64,000 bases of DNA from Alphaproteobacteria bacterium (GCA_009779745.1 WRDR01000002.1:67477-131476), one strand, 5' to 3'. Shown: positions 18,702 through 28,824, counted from the first letter of the stretch. Program-made: numbers and translations. The notes: generated by a model not told the origin, from the sequence alone.

Positions 18702-19657
18702 TATTTTGTCTCCTTTTGGACGCTTGTATCTTTATTTACCGCAGCGGCAATGACGGCTAAAAACTCTTTGGACAGGTTTCTAAGGGTACTGTCCAGCTCC
18801 GTGCGCTGCAAAAGCTCTTGTTTCCAGTCCGCTAACGAATCCTGCTTTTCCGACGAAAGAGTTTCAAATACTTTTAACGCCAGATCTCCGTTCTTGTTAG
18901 ACAATGCCATTCTCATGCTTTTAAGCTGTTCCGTATTTATCGGTCTTACGGATATAAATGAAGACAGAGTCTTTTTACCCCATGTTTTTACATCATCAAA
19001 AACCTTTTCCACAGTGCTTTTTTCTATTGGCGCGTCCTGCGCTTCTTCAGGAGCCTCTTCCTTAGTTCTTTTCTCAAAAATAGGACGGGCTTCTGTTTTT
19101 ACTATGGTACTTTCCCAGTTTTCTATGTGGTACAAAAGATCTGCAAAAGAGGCAGCTCCCTTGACGGCAAAGGTTTCCAGCTTCGCAATAGTGTTTATAA
19201 TTTCCGGATTTTTCTCTGCGCTTACACTGAACATTTCCAGCTCCGAAGAGAAAGGCATACCTCTTTCAGCCAGCTCTTTCATCTCTATGAATGAAAGCAC
19301 TGCTATTATTTTATTTGAAAGCTCAGCGTTCAGTTTATCAAATTCAGCTTTCGTATCAGGCAAATCAGGTCTCTGTACTATAGCTTCTTGTTCAAACAGC
19401 TCTTGAGGCAAAGGATCGTCCTTGTCCAACAAAACAAGTTCACTATCCATAGTGTTTATATAATTCGAAATCTTACTCTTGTTATCTTTAAAGTGCAGAG
19501 CTTCTGGAACATAGCCGGAAGCCGCATACGCAACAGCACCAAGCAAAATAATTACAGCAAGTGCGATGTATGCATAGCAGCACTTTTTATCCGAAGCACA
19601 GCAAGAATTTTCTTCATTGCCGATATTAGAATTTTCAGCGTCTTTATTTTCAGCCAT
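18701..19657 (-). CDS. Membrane-anchored coiled-coil protein, candidate alphaproteobacterial Mic60/HemX-like partner of the HemY-like protein
   Basis: Single N-terminal TM (YAYIALAVIILLGAVAYAA). E/K/L-rich coiled-coil body. Start and stop overlap with the downstream hemY-like gene (ATGA at 18701). Confidence 0.45.
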   Translation of the reverse strand: MAENKDAENSNIGNEENSCCASDKKCCYAYIALAVIILLGAVAYAASGYVPEALHFKDNKSKISNYINTMDSELVLLDKDDPLPQELFEQEAIVQRPDLPDTKAEFDKLNAELSNKIIAVLSFIEMKELAERGMPFSSELEMFSVSAEKNPEIINTIAKLETFAVKGAASFADLLYHIENWESTIVKTEARPIFEKRTKEEAPEEAQDAPIEKSTVEKVFDDVKTWGKKTLSSFISVRPINTEQLKSMRMALSNKNGDLALKVFETLSSEKQDSLADWKQELLQRTELDSTLRNLSKEFLAVIAAAVNKDTSVQKETK

Positions 19658-20402
19658 ATTCCGAGTTCCTATTTTTAGAGGTGTGCAGGGTAGTTTATTA
19701 AAGGGAGCTTAAAAAGAGATTAAGAATGAATTAAAAATCCAGCCTCTTTATAGCACAATTTGAAATAAAGGAAAAATAATTATACAAGCAGGCCATTATA
19801 TTTTTCTTATGTGCGTCTGCTAACTGCTTATATAGTAAATGGAAAAACAGAAAAGTAAAAATACCGTAAAAAATTTAAAGAAAAATTTATAGTTAATGCG
19901 GTTTTAACTGTAAATTCAGTGAATTACTTTCATGATTTTTGTGTATAATGAAAGTAGAAGGGAAGAAATATAGCATTTTATAAAAATATAAAAAGTATTT
20001 AAACGGTATTTTTAAGGTGTTTGATTAAATATAACAAGAAAGATTATATACTGATATTAAAAGTGTGCTCTTCGTCATCAGTATCATCATTTTTCTTAGG
20101 AACAGGAGGAATACGGGAGCTGCGTTTTTGTTGTTCGTCCAGGTCGTCTTTGTTGCGCTGAACAACTCTGGGCTTCTCGGACTTATTAGTAGATGCGACA
20201 GCTGACTCGGAAATGCTTTCAGAGTTCAGTTTAGGCTTCTCGGAGAGATTTGAAAAGCTGGTATTGGTAAAAATAGGAGGAAGTTGAATCATAATAACTC
20301 CTACGGTTTAAGAAGAAGGTATAATATTATAAAACATAAAACGAATAAGTAAAAGTGAAAAATTAAATTATTAAACTATTTATTTGATTTGGAGAAAAAA
20401 AT

Positions 20403-21548
20403 ATGACTGTAAATATGAAAGAAACATTGATGACTATGAAGGCTCTCGCTGCTGACAACACCGAGCTGTCTCGTGTTCAGTTGGCAGGAATGCTCTTTGA
20501 TGTCTTTATCAGCCAGCGTGCTCACATAGGTGCTGCTGAAGAGAAAGAGATAAATGCGCTCATAGACCAGCTTATGGAAAACGCTCCTTATCACATAAGA
20601 GAGGAAATAGCCAGACGCTTTGCAGATGCTTACAGAATGCCCCGCCGCATAGCGATGAAGCTCATCTATGACAGCAAAGAGCTTGCTATGCCTATACTGA
20701 AAAATGTCGACAACTTAGATGATAAGGACCTTATCAGCATAATCAAGTCTGACGGGATAAAAGAAGACAAGCAGCAGTATGCCAAGGCAATAGCGGAACG
20801 CAAAGAGATAAGCGAAGCCGTAGTAGATGCCTTAGTCACGACCGGAGATGTCGAGGTAATAGAAGTTATAGTGAATAACTTAGGAGCGAAATTAAGTCCT
20901 AAGGCTGTGGTTGCTATTACCAGCATAGCCAGATACATGGAAGCTCTTCAGAAACCGCTGTTAGAACGCAGAGAGGCTACTACCGAAGTTGCGTTAAAAT
21001 TGTTCTGGTGGATAGAGCAGGATTTGCGCAGGTATGCTATCAGCAGGTTCTATTTGGTTTCAGAACAGATAGAAAGCTCGCTTGCGTCTACTATAAAAGA
21101 TTTTCTAAACGATCATGCGAACGAAAAGGACAATGATAAAGTAATGGAAGATCTTGCAAAGTGGATTTACGATCATAAGGCTATAACGCCTAAGGTCTTG
21201 CAGCAGGTTCTTCGCATGGGCTACTTTGGACTGTTCAAGAAGCTGTTTGCAAAGATGGCCGGGCTGTCACTAGACGTGATAAACGGGATTATAGAAGAAC
21301 CCGGCGGACGCGGCTTTGCAGCAGCCTGTAAGGCGAACAAGATCGACAAGGCTATATTCATATCCCTCCTGCTGCTTTCAAGAGGCGGCAGACAGGGAGA
21401 ACAGAATGTCAATCCCAGAGAAGTAGCCAGCGCACTTGCAGTGTTTGACGGATTGTCTATAGAAAAAGCAGCAGTCTTGCTGGCAAGCTGGAAGCTGAAT
21501 CCTTCGTACTTCAAGAAGACAGCGGAAACTAAGATTGTGAAAATGTAG
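20403..21548 (+). CDS. Conserved alphaproteobacterial hypothetical protein (DUF2336-like, alpha-helical)
   Basis: 381-aa all-helical protein. The family assignment is from memory of the size and composition of this alphaproteobacterial family, so it is tentative. Confidence 0.4.
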   Translation: MTVNMKETLMTMKALAADNTELSRVQLAGMLFDVFISQRAHIGAAEEKEINALIDQLMENAPYHIREEIARRFADAYRMPRRIAMKLIYDSKELAMPILKNVDNLDDKDLISIIKSDGIKEDKQQYAKAIAERKEISEAVVDALVTTGDVEVIEVIVNNLGAKLSPKAVVAITSIARYMEALQKPLLERREATTEVALKLFWWIEQDLRRYAISRFYLVSEQIESSLASTIKDFLNDHANEKDNDKVMEDLAKWIYDHKAITPKVLQQVLRMGYFGLFKKLFAKMAGLSLDVINGIIEEPGGRGFAAACKANKIDKAIFISLLLLSRGGRQGEQNVNPREVASALAVFDGLSIEKAAVLLASWKLNPSYFKKTAETKIVKM

Positions 21549-21551
21549 AAA

Positions 21552-21622
21552 AGTGTGGAGTGTGAAGTGTGGAGTTGATGCGTATTCTTAACTCCACACT
21601 TCACTCTCAACACTCCACACTT
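21552..21622. repeat. Hairpin repeat, GTGGAGTG family. Loop ggagttgatgcgtattcttaactcc.
   Basis: Arms aagtgtggagtgtgaagtgtggagtt / aactccacacttcactctcaacactccacactt. Confidence 0.8.
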
Positions 21623-21686
21623 ATAATTTAACATTTCTGTTGACGAAAGCATTATAAAGCGTTAACTAGATGACCTATTTTTAATT

Positions 21687-23525
21687 ATGGATAAATTAAT
21701 GGCTTTCGCAAATAACCTAAGAAATATAGCAATCATAGCTCACGTTGACCACGGCAAAACTACGATGGTGGATCAACTGCTCAAACAGGCAGGCACCTTC
21801 AGAGCCAACCAGCAGGTAGCTGAAAGAGCTATGGACAGCAACGACATAGAAAGAGAAAGAGGCATTACCATACTGGCGAAATGCACTTCTATTTTAAGAG
21901 GCAATCTCCGAATAAACATAGTAGACACTCCCGGGCACGCTGATTTCGGCGGAGAGGTAGAACGCATTTTGTCTATGGTTGACGGAGTAGTGCTGCTGGT
22001 TGACGCTGCGGAAGGTCCTTTGCCTCAGACTAAGTTTGTGCTGTCAAAGGCACTGAGCATAGGGCTGAGACCTATTGTGGTAATCAACAAGGTAGACAGA
22101 TCCGATGCCAGAATACACCAAGTGCATGATGAGATTTTTGATTTATTCGCAGCTCTGGACGCTACGGAAGAACAGTTGGATTTTCCGACTCTGTTTGCGT
22201 CCGGCAGAAACGGGTGGGCGGTGAATAACATAGGTGATGAGACTAAGGATTTGTCTCCTCTGTTTGACCTCATAGAAAAGCATGTGCCGTGTCCGAAAGT
22301 AGACGAGACTGCCAGTTTCAAGATGCTGGCGACCATACTCGAGGCTAATCCTTATTTAGGCAGGCTTTTGACCGGACGCATAGAATCCGGAACCCTGAAA
22401 ACCAATATGGCGATAAAGGCTCTGTCTCATGACGGAAAACTCATAGAGCAAGGCAGAGCAAGCAAAATACTGGCGTTCAGAGGGCTGGAAAGAGTGCCTG
22501 TAGACGAGGCATATGCCGGAGATATTATAGCTATAGCAGGGCTTTCCGAGGCTACTGTGGCTGACACAGTGTGCGATTTGACAGTGAATGAGCCGCTTAA
22601 GGCAAGACCTATAGATCCCCCTACTATAGCAATGACGTTTTCCGTGAATGACTCTCCGCTGGCCGGAACAGAAGGCGACAAGGTTACAGGCAGAGTAATC
22701 CGGGACAGGCTGCTTAAAGAAGTGGAAAGCAACGTTGCAATACGAGTCACTGAGCCGGAAGACAGAGACGCTTTTGAAGTAGCCGGAAGAGGAGAATTAC
22801 AGCTCGGTATTCTTATAGAGACTATGAGAAGAGAAGGATTTGAATTATCTATAAGCCGTCCCAGAGTTATTTTTAAGACGATGGACGGGCAAAGACAGGA
22901 ACCTATAGAGGAAGTAGTCATAGATGTAGATGAGGCGTATTCCGGAGTAGTAGTCAACAAGATGTCTGAAAGAAAAGCAGAGCTTACCGACATGAGACCG
23001 TCCGGAGGCGGCAAGACTAGGCTCACGTTTTTAGCTCCTTCAAGAGGGCTTATAGGATACTACGGAGAGTTCCTAAGCGATACCAGAGGTACAGGATTGA
23101 TGAACAGACTCTTCCACGGATATGCGCCGTATAAAGGAGCTATTCAGTCCAGAAGAACCGGAGTAATGATTTCCAACGGACAAGGCGAGTCAGTTGCATA
23201 TGCTATGTGGAAGCTGGAAGACAGAGGACCTATGATTATAACGCCCGGCACAAAGGTGTATGAGGGTATGGTTATAGGAGAGCATTCCAAGAGCAATGAT
23301 TTAGATGTGAATGTGCTGGAAGGAAAAAAGTTGACGAATATAAGAACAACCTCTAAAGATGAAGCGGTGCGGCTCACGCCGCCCATGATCTTGACGTTGG
23401 AAAAGGCGATAGCGTATATAAATGACGATGAGCTGGTGGAGGTTACGCCAAAGACAATCAGGCTGCGGAAAAGGTATCTGGATCCCGTGACCAGAAAAAG
23501 AATGGCGAAACAAGTTGAGAACTGA
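21687..23525 (+). CDS. typA: Translational GTPase TypA/BipA
   Basis: G motifs [21 protein letters not shown]. 612 aa with the BipA C-terminal domain. Confidence 0.92.
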   Translation: MDKLMAFANNLRNIAIIAHVDHGKTTMVDQLLKQAGTFRANQQVAERAMDSNDIERERGITILAKCTSILRGNLRINIVDTPGHADFGGEVERILSMVDGVVLLVDAAEGPLPQTKFVLSKALSIGLRPIVVINKVDRSDARIHQVHDEIFDLFAALDATEEQLDFPTLFASGRNGWAVNNIGDETKDLSPLFDLIEKHVPCPKVDETASFKMLATILEANPYLGRLLTGRIESGTLKTNMAIKALSHDGKLIEQGRASKILAFRGLERVPVDEAYAGDIIAIAGLSEATVADTVCDLTVNEPLKARPIDPPTIAMTFSVNDSPLAGTEGDKVTGRVIRDRLLKEVESNVAIRVTEPEDRDAFEVAGRGELQLGILIETMRREGFELSISRPRVIFKTMDGQRQEPIEEVVIDVDEAYSGVVVNKMSERKAELTDMRPSGGGKTRLTFLAPSRGLIGYYGEFLSDTRGTGLMNRLFHGYAPYKGAIQSRRTGVMISNGQGESVAYAMWKLEDRGPMIITPGTKVYEGMVIGEHSKSNDLDVNVLEGKKLTNIRTTSKDEAVRLTPPMILTLEKAIAYINDDELVEVTPKTIRLRKRYLDPVTRKRMAKQVEN

Positions 23526-23542
23526 TAAAAAAAGGAGAAAAG

Positions 23543-24094
23543 ATGTCTGATAGTATGGTTGGAAAGAGTGTTGCTATTTTATTGGCGAGCGGATTTAGTG
23601 AAGATCATTTAACAGAAATACAAAAAGCTCTAACATCGGTTAAAGCGAAGTTCAAAACAACAGCTCCTGAACAGGGAGTAGTAAACGGGTGGCAGAAAAC
23701 GCACTGGGGGCATTATTTCCCGGTAGATACGCAAATAGGAGACACGCTGGGCTCTGATTTTGACTTTCTGGTGATAGTCGGCGGAGAAAGAGCAGTAAGC
23801 AAGCTGAAAAGTAACCTGCATACGAAACGCATAGTGAACCATTTTTTTGATGCCGGAAAGCCTGTATCCGCCATAGCGGAAGGAGTGGAGCTGCTGGCAG
23901 GTTCAGGGAAAAAAATAGCTATTGCAGCCGGGGAAAAAGCAGAGGAACTTAGAAACGCCGGCGCAGTCATATCAGAGAACAACATAGAGCTTTCCGGAAA
24001 CCTGCTGACCGCTGTTGACAGCAGTCTTGAAGAGTGGGTAGTAAAAACTATAGAGCTGTTCAGCTCGTATGAAGAAGATAAAGCAGCGGCTTAA
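23543..24094 (+). CDS. DJ-1/PfpI-fold protein in which the nucleophile Cys is replaced (AIAEGV instead of AICxGP)
   Basis: VAILLASGFSE, FDFLVIVGGERA and GKPVSAIAEG blocks match the DJ-1/PfpI topology. Confidence 0.5.
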   Translation: MSDSMVGKSVAILLASGFSEDHLTEIQKALTSVKAKFKTTAPEQGVVNGWQKTHWGHYFPVDTQIGDTLGSDFDFLVIVGGERAVSKLKSNLHTKRIVNHFFDAGKPVSAIAEGVELLAGSGKKIAIAAGEKAEELRNAGAVISENNIELSGNLLTAVDSSLEEWVVKTIELFSSYEEDKAAA

Positions 24095-24097
24095 TAA

Positions 24098-24150
24098 AGT
24101 GTGGAGTGTTGAGAGTGGAGTGTGGAGTTAAGAATATGTACCAACTCCGC
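24098..24150. repeat. GTGGAGTG-family element in inverted orientation with a truncated second arm
   Basis: Core ggagttaagaatatgtaccaactcc is the exact reverse complement of core ggagttggtacatattcttaactcc at 14210-14234. Confidence 0.7.
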
Positions 24151-24153
24151 ATT

Positions 24154-24996
24154 TTACTTTACTACAGGCACTGCAGGTGCCTGCCGCTGAAATTTTTCCC
24201 GCACAGGACGAGTGCATGTAACATCAGCCTCTTCTCTGCTTGCTTCTAACACTGTTCTCATTTCCGCGATGTTTCTTTCTGATATTTGCCATAAGTTGTT
24301 CACCATTTCAGGCGAACAATACTCAACCCTAATCTTCATTCGTTCATCGTGCATTTCTTCAAACAAATCCATATCGATTAGGTGTCCTGTTATTCTCTCA
24401 AATTCTCTTGCTATATAAGGAGAAAGATTAATATCGCAAAGAATAGGCTCCATAAACATTTGTTCCGGTTGATTTGTTATTTCCATAGAAGCTATGTCTA
24501 TAATACCGATAGGCTCTTTCGGACCGTTGTATATAATATTACCATTGTAAATATCATCATGTATCATTTTATATTTATCGAACAGCATGGCTGCGAAGCG
24601 GCCTATTGCAGTGCCGGTTCTTTCCAGTTCCTTTTGAGAAATATTGTCAGGCAAGGCATCTCCTTTCACCCGCTCCATTGCAAGGTATGGAAGGAGCTTG
24701 CCGTACGCAAGAGCTTTCGGTATAATATATCCTGCGCCTTTGAAATTTTCTTTTTCCAGCATTTTCAGCATCTCGTATTCATCTTTAAGAGGTAAGCCTC
24801 TGGGCATGCCTGTAGGAATCTTTACTATAACATCAGCCATACCTTTTAGAACAATGACTACGCTGGCAGGACCAATACGCTTAATAGTGCCTGTTTCTAT
24901 ATCTATATTTTCGAACTGCCGGGGCCAGAGATTCCCGCTTTTCCATGTAATGTAGTCCTCATAGGCAGCTATTACTCTTTCGTCCATATAAGTCAT
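24154..24996 (-). CDS. Protein-kinase-like (APH/choline-kinase fold) phosphotransferase
   Basis: VIVKIP (beta3 Lys), EYEMLKML (alphaC Glu), HDDIYNGNIIY (HxD...N catalytic loop), IIDIAS (DFG-equivalent). Confidence 0.5.
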   Translation of the reverse strand: MTYMDERVIAAYEDYITWKSGNLWPRQFENIDIETGTIKRIGPASVVIVLKGMADVIVKIPTGMPRGLPLKDEYEMLKMLEKENFKGAGYIIPKALAYGKLLPYLAMERVKGDALPDNISQKELERTGTAIGRFAAMLFDKYKMIHDDIYNGNIIYNGPKEPIGIIDIASMEITNQPEQMFMEPILCDINLSPYIAREFERITGHLIDMDLFEEMHDERMKIRVEYCSPEMVNNLWQISERNIAEMRTVLEASREEADVTCTRPVREKFQRQAPAVPVVK

Positions 24997-25235
24997 AAAA
25001 TAATCCTTAAAATTAAATATGATTAAATATAGCCTGCGTTTTTACTTTCATGAAGGACTCAATATGGTTAACACTGGAAAAAAAGCATTGTAATTTTGAA
25101 AAAATTGCTCTAAAATAAGACTATTCCCGAATAAGTTGTTTGCCTGCAAGGGCTTGTACGGGGGGTTTCTTAACAGGAACCTCAATACGAGGGGTCTTGT
25201 TTGTAGTGTCGGTTGCGTTTATAGTAAAGTTATAC

Positions 25236-25311
25236 AGGAGTGTAGCTCAATTGGTAGAGTACCGGTCTCCAAAACCGGGTGCTGGGGGTTCGAGTCCCTC
25301 CACTCCTGCCA
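25236..25311 (+). tRNA. trnW: tRNA-Trp (anticodon CCA)
   Basis: Cloverleaf AGGAGTG/CACTCCT acceptor stem. Anticodon loop CTCCAAA. TPsiC arm GGTTCGAGTCC. Terminal CCA is encoded. Classic position before secE-nusG. Confidence 0.9.
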
Positions 25312-25345
25312 TTTACAGTGTTTTTAGAATTATAGGATTTTCATC

Positions 25346-25555
25346 ATGGCTGCTGAACAAACAAAAAAAATAAAACTGATCGAGTTCTTTACTCAGACAA
25401 AAAGAGAAATAGACAAAGTAACATGGCCCTCTAAGAAGGAAATTTATGTGACTACAGCTTTGATTTTAGCCTTCGCCGTAGTAATGGGGATATTTTTCTT
25501 AGCTGTAGACGGCGTACTGGTATTCGTTATTTCCCGCATACTGGGAATGGCATAA
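25346..25555 (+). CDS. secE: Preprotein translocase subunit SecE
   Basis: 69 aa with a single C-terminal TM. Lies between tRNA-Trp and nusG. Confidence 0.85.
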   Translation: MAAEQTKKIKLIEFFTQTKREIDKVTWPSKKEIYVTTALILAFAVVMGIFFLAVDGVLVFVISRILGMA

Positions 25556-25582
25556 TAGTTTGGTTTTAGGAAAGGATTAAAA

Positions 25583-26113
25583 ATGGCGCATCGTTGGTAC
25601 GTACTGCATGTTCACTCAGGGTTTGAGAAAAAAGTCGCCCAGGTCATAAAAGAAGACGCTCTCAAGAACGGTCTCGAAGAGTTTTTCTCAGAGATTCTCG
25701 TTCCTACGGAAGAAGTCATAGAGATTCGCCGCGGAGCAAAAGTCAATACGGAACGCAAGTTCTATCCCGGATATGTTCTCATTAAAATGGAGCTGACGGA
25801 CGAAAGCTGGCACCTTGTGAAGACTACCGCCAGAGTTACCGGCTTCTTAGGCGGCGGCAATAAGCCTACTCCTATAAGCGAGGCGGAAGCACAGCGCATC
25901 ATCAACCAAGTCATAGAGGGCGTAGAGCGTCCGAAACCTTCCATCACTTTCGAAGTAGGCGAACAAGTCCGCGTCATAGACGGTCCTTTTGCCAGCTTTA
26001 CCGGTATAGTGGAGGAAGTTGATGAAGTTAAGTCCAGACTTAAAATGTCCGTGTCTATATTCGGTCGTCCTACGCCGGTTGAGCTGGAGTACGGGCAAGT
26101 GGAAAAGATGTAA
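25583..26113 (+). CDS. nusG: Transcription termination/antitermination factor NusG
   Basis: NGN domain WYVLHVHSGFEKKV. KOW domain GEQVRVIDGPFASFTGIV. Confidence 0.92.
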   Translation: MAHRWYVLHVHSGFEKKVAQVIKEDALKNGLEEFFSEILVPTEEVIEIRRGAKVNTERKFYPGYVLIKMELTDESWHLVKTTARVTGFLGGGNKPTPISEAEAQRIINQVIEGVERPKPSITFEVGEQVRVIDGPFASFTGIVEEVDEVKSRLKMSVSIFGRPTPVELEYGQVEKM

Positions 26114-26144
26114 TATTATTTTAAACTGATTAAGGAGTTTTCTT

Positions 26145-26711
26145 ATGGTTTCAACTCTTATGCCAAAAGCTACTGCGGTGTGGCTGGTTGCAAATACGAC
26201 TCTTACTTTTGAACAGATTGCTGATTTCTGTGGGCTGCATAAACTGGAGGTTCAGGCTATTGCGGACGGAGACGTTGCAATGAGCATCGTAGGACTCGAT
26301 CCCGTATTTAACGGTCAGCTTTCCGCAGAAGAAATCAAAAGATGCGAAATTGATTCTGCGGCCAGACTGAAAATGCTGAAGAGCAGTATTCAGCTGCCTG
26401 CGGTTAAAATGAGAGGCGCAAAGTACACCCCTGTTTCAAAGCGCGGCGATAAGCCTGATGCTATTGCTTATTTGCTTAAAAACTTCCCGGAGCTTGCTCA
26501 TTCTCAGATTGTAAAGCTGATTGGAACTACGAAGACTACTATTGTCAGCGTGAGAGACAGAACGCATTGGAACTCTGCAAACATAAAGCCTCAGAATCCT
26601 GTTATGCTGGGGCTGTGCAAGCAGTCTGATTTAGACGCCGCAGTACAAAAAGCCCAGAAGAAGAGCAAGAAAACTGCGAAAGAGGCGGCTGTTGAAGAGT
26701 TAGGAATGTAG
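26145..26711 (+). CDS. DUF1013-family protein (conserved in Alphaproteobacteria)
   Basis: Conserved N-terminal block PKATAVWLVANTTLTFEQIADFCGLHKLEVQAIADGDVA. Confidence 0.6.
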   Translation: MVSTLMPKATAVWLVANTTLTFEQIADFCGLHKLEVQAIADGDVAMSIVGLDPVFNGQLSAEEIKRCEIDSAARLKMLKSSIQLPAVKMRGAKYTPVSKRGDKPDAIAYLLKNFPELAHSQIVKLIGTTKTTIVSVRDRTHWNSANIKPQNPVMLGLCKQSDLDAAVQKAQKKSKKTAKEAAVEELGM

Positions 26712-26729
26712 CATTCTACATTTTGTACT

Positions 26730-27911
26730 TCACATATCCTGCTCTGCCAAGTCGTCTATAAGCCAGCCTTGAAAACCGGAAACATTAAGCTGTCTGCCTA
26801 TAGTAAGGGCTTTTGCGCTGTCACAACGCCCAAAAAATAATTTCCCATGCGGAATCTTAGCCAGTGCTTCCAACACTTCTTTTTCGCCCAAATCCGGAAC
26901 ATTGTCCTTAGACGCATTGACTTTTATCCAGTCCGCATTCACTTTTCCAAAGTCCATATACACAGGCAGCTTAGGCGGAACAGAATCTATTACTACTCTG
27001 AAATTATTCTGTTTGATTAAATCAATCGCACTTAAAGACAGCATAAAATTCTGAAACAAATCTCCGCTGTGAATTTTGAAACCTATCAGCGGACGCTGCG
27101 CGGCCGGAATGCCTTTTATAAAACCCACGAACACCGGACTCATCACGGAAACCACCGATAAATTAAGGTTTATTACCTGTCCGGCTATAGTGCCGTACGA
27201 ATCCGTCAGTATCTTCAAAAAAGACCTGTCCAATACGGCTCCAAGCGCAAAGAAAAAATGTTCCGAATTCGCTATGTCCAATTTAGGAAAAAATTCTTTG
27301 CGGAGATCTGCGAAACTGACAAAAAATTCTTCAGCAATTTTATCCCACTTATGGTTGTTCTCACGGTATACGTTCTGAGAGCGTCCGAACTTCGCAACAT
27401 CTATTTTTTTCAGAAGCTGCTCTATTTGATTCACGTTCTTAGCGGTAAGACTTCCCATATCAGAGTCTATGACGGCGAAATCTTCTTGTTCTTCGCGCCT
27501 AGCTCTGACATCTTCTATGTAGCTGCCGATTTTTTCCCGCAGAGACTCGTAATTATCCGGCAGCTTATACCCGGACAATAAAGACGGAGCCGCTTTATAT
27601 CCTTCCAGTATAACTTCTGAAATCTTTGCTGTCAGAGGTTTTGCGTCTACAGGCTTTTCCCATAAAAGAAAGGCGTCTCCATTAGACATAGGGAAAAACA
27701 GCCCATGAGTTTCCCCGGCAAAAACAGCAAAATTCTTCTGAATAGCCTCTAAAAGCTCGGGATTGTGAAGCAAATCATCTATGGCAGACAAGGCTATGTT
27801 TAAAGCAAACCCAACGGTCTTGTTTCTGTAGAGGCGGCGAGTCCGCATAAGAAAGTCCTGTTCTAACACGAGGTTAGAACTGTTTCTTGTATTAAAAGAC
27901 CATACGCGCAT
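26730..27911 (-). CDS. Hypothetical protein with a degenerate EAL-like C-terminal domain
   Basis: NLNLSVVSV (EAL NLS block). VVIDSVPP in place of DDFGTG. GRCDS in place of EGVE. C-terminal NVSGFQGWLIDD (QG...F-like). Confidence 0.35.
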   Translation of the reverse strand: MRVWSFNTRNSSNLVLEQDFLMRTRRLYRNKTVGFALNIALSAIDDLLHNPELLEAIQKNFAVFAGETHGLFFPMSNGDAFLLWEKPVDAKPLTAKISEVILEGYKAAPSLLSGYKLPDNYESLREKIGSYIEDVRARREEQEDFAVIDSDMGSLTAKNVNQIEQLLKKIDVAKFGRSQNVYRENNHKWDKIAEEFFVSFADLRKEFFPKLDIANSEHFFFALGAVLDRSFLKILTDSYGTIAGQVINLNLSVVSVMSPVFVGFIKGIPAAQRPLIGFKIHSGDLFQNFMLSLSAIDLIKQNNFRVVIDSVPPKLPVYMDFGKVNADWIKVNASKDNVPDLGEKEVLEALAKIPHGKLFFGRCDSAKALTIGRQLNVSGFQGWLIDDLAEQDM

Positions 27912-28110
27912 AAAATCCTCTAAGCTGTTAGAGCAATACGGCTGTATGGTAGCTTCATATATGTTAATAACTTAATAATGTGAAAAGTGAAAAAAAGGGT
28001 CTCTCTGAATGCCGGAGGACGACAACAACAGAGAAACCCCTTAAGTATCAGAAACCATAATCAACTAAATCATCATCAACAGTGATTAGGACTTTTTAGG
28101 AAGATACCGC

Positions 28111-28626
28111 TTAAGCGGCCGCCTCCTCCCGCTCTTTCGTGAGAACAGTTTCTAATTTCGTAGTAGCGCGTTCCTGATCTATCTTCTCAATAGCGGCAAG
28201 CTCTCTGGCAAGCCTAGCCAAAGCAGACTGATAAATCTGACGTTCGCTGTAAGATTGTTCCGGTTGATTGGAGGACCTGTGCAAATCGCGGACTACTTCT
28301 GCGATAGATACCGGATCTCCGGAATTAATCTTGGACTCGTATTCCTGAGCGCGCCTGCTCCACATGATGCGGCGCACCTTAGAGCGGCCTTGCAGCGTAG
28401 ATAAAGCCTCTTTGATGCGGTCCTTAGAAGACAGCTTACGAAGCCCTGCGCCCTTTGCCTTAGCAACAGGAACTTTAAGCATCATTTTGTCTTGTTCAAA
28501 AGCTATAGAGTAGAGCATAACAGTTTGCTCCCCTATAGAAAACTCATCAATACCCTCTATGCGCCCTACTCCGTGCGCAGGGTAAACAACAAAATCACCT
28601 TTTTTAAACTCCAACTTATCAGCCAT
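28111..28626 (-). CDS. carD: CarD/CdnL-family RNA-polymerase-binding transcription factor
   Basis: N-terminal FKKGDFVVYPAHGVGRIEGI... (CarD_CdnL_TRCF domain). Confidence 0.85.
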   Translation of the reverse strand: MADKLEFKKGDFVVYPAHGVGRIEGIDEFSIGEQTVMLYSIAFEQDKMMLKVPVAKAKGAGLRKLSSKDRIKEALSTLQGRSKVRRIMWSRRAQEYESKINSGDPVSIAEVVRDLHRSSNQPEQSYSERQIYQSALARLARELAAIEKIDQERATTKLETVLTKEREEAAA

Positions 28627-28824
28627 TACCCAGACTCCTGTATATACCTTGTTGTGTTTAGCAAGCAGCTCGTTCTTGCCTCATGTGTAATATATACCAT
28701 TTTTTAACGAATATTACAATTCTTTCATGAATTTTATTTTACTTTCATGAAAAAACAATGGGTTAGGCTGTGAATTATGTTAACCATATTTAATAAAGGT
28801 TAACAAAATGTAGAATTCTGCATT

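Noticed and set aside
18531-19406. 291-aa ORF on the plus strand antisense to the Mic60-like gene
   Set aside because: Ser-rich, low-complexity translation typical of the antisense frame of an E/K-rich coiled-coil gene. The minus-strand ORF has a TM segment, sensible composition and an ATGA overlap with the downstream hemY-like gene.
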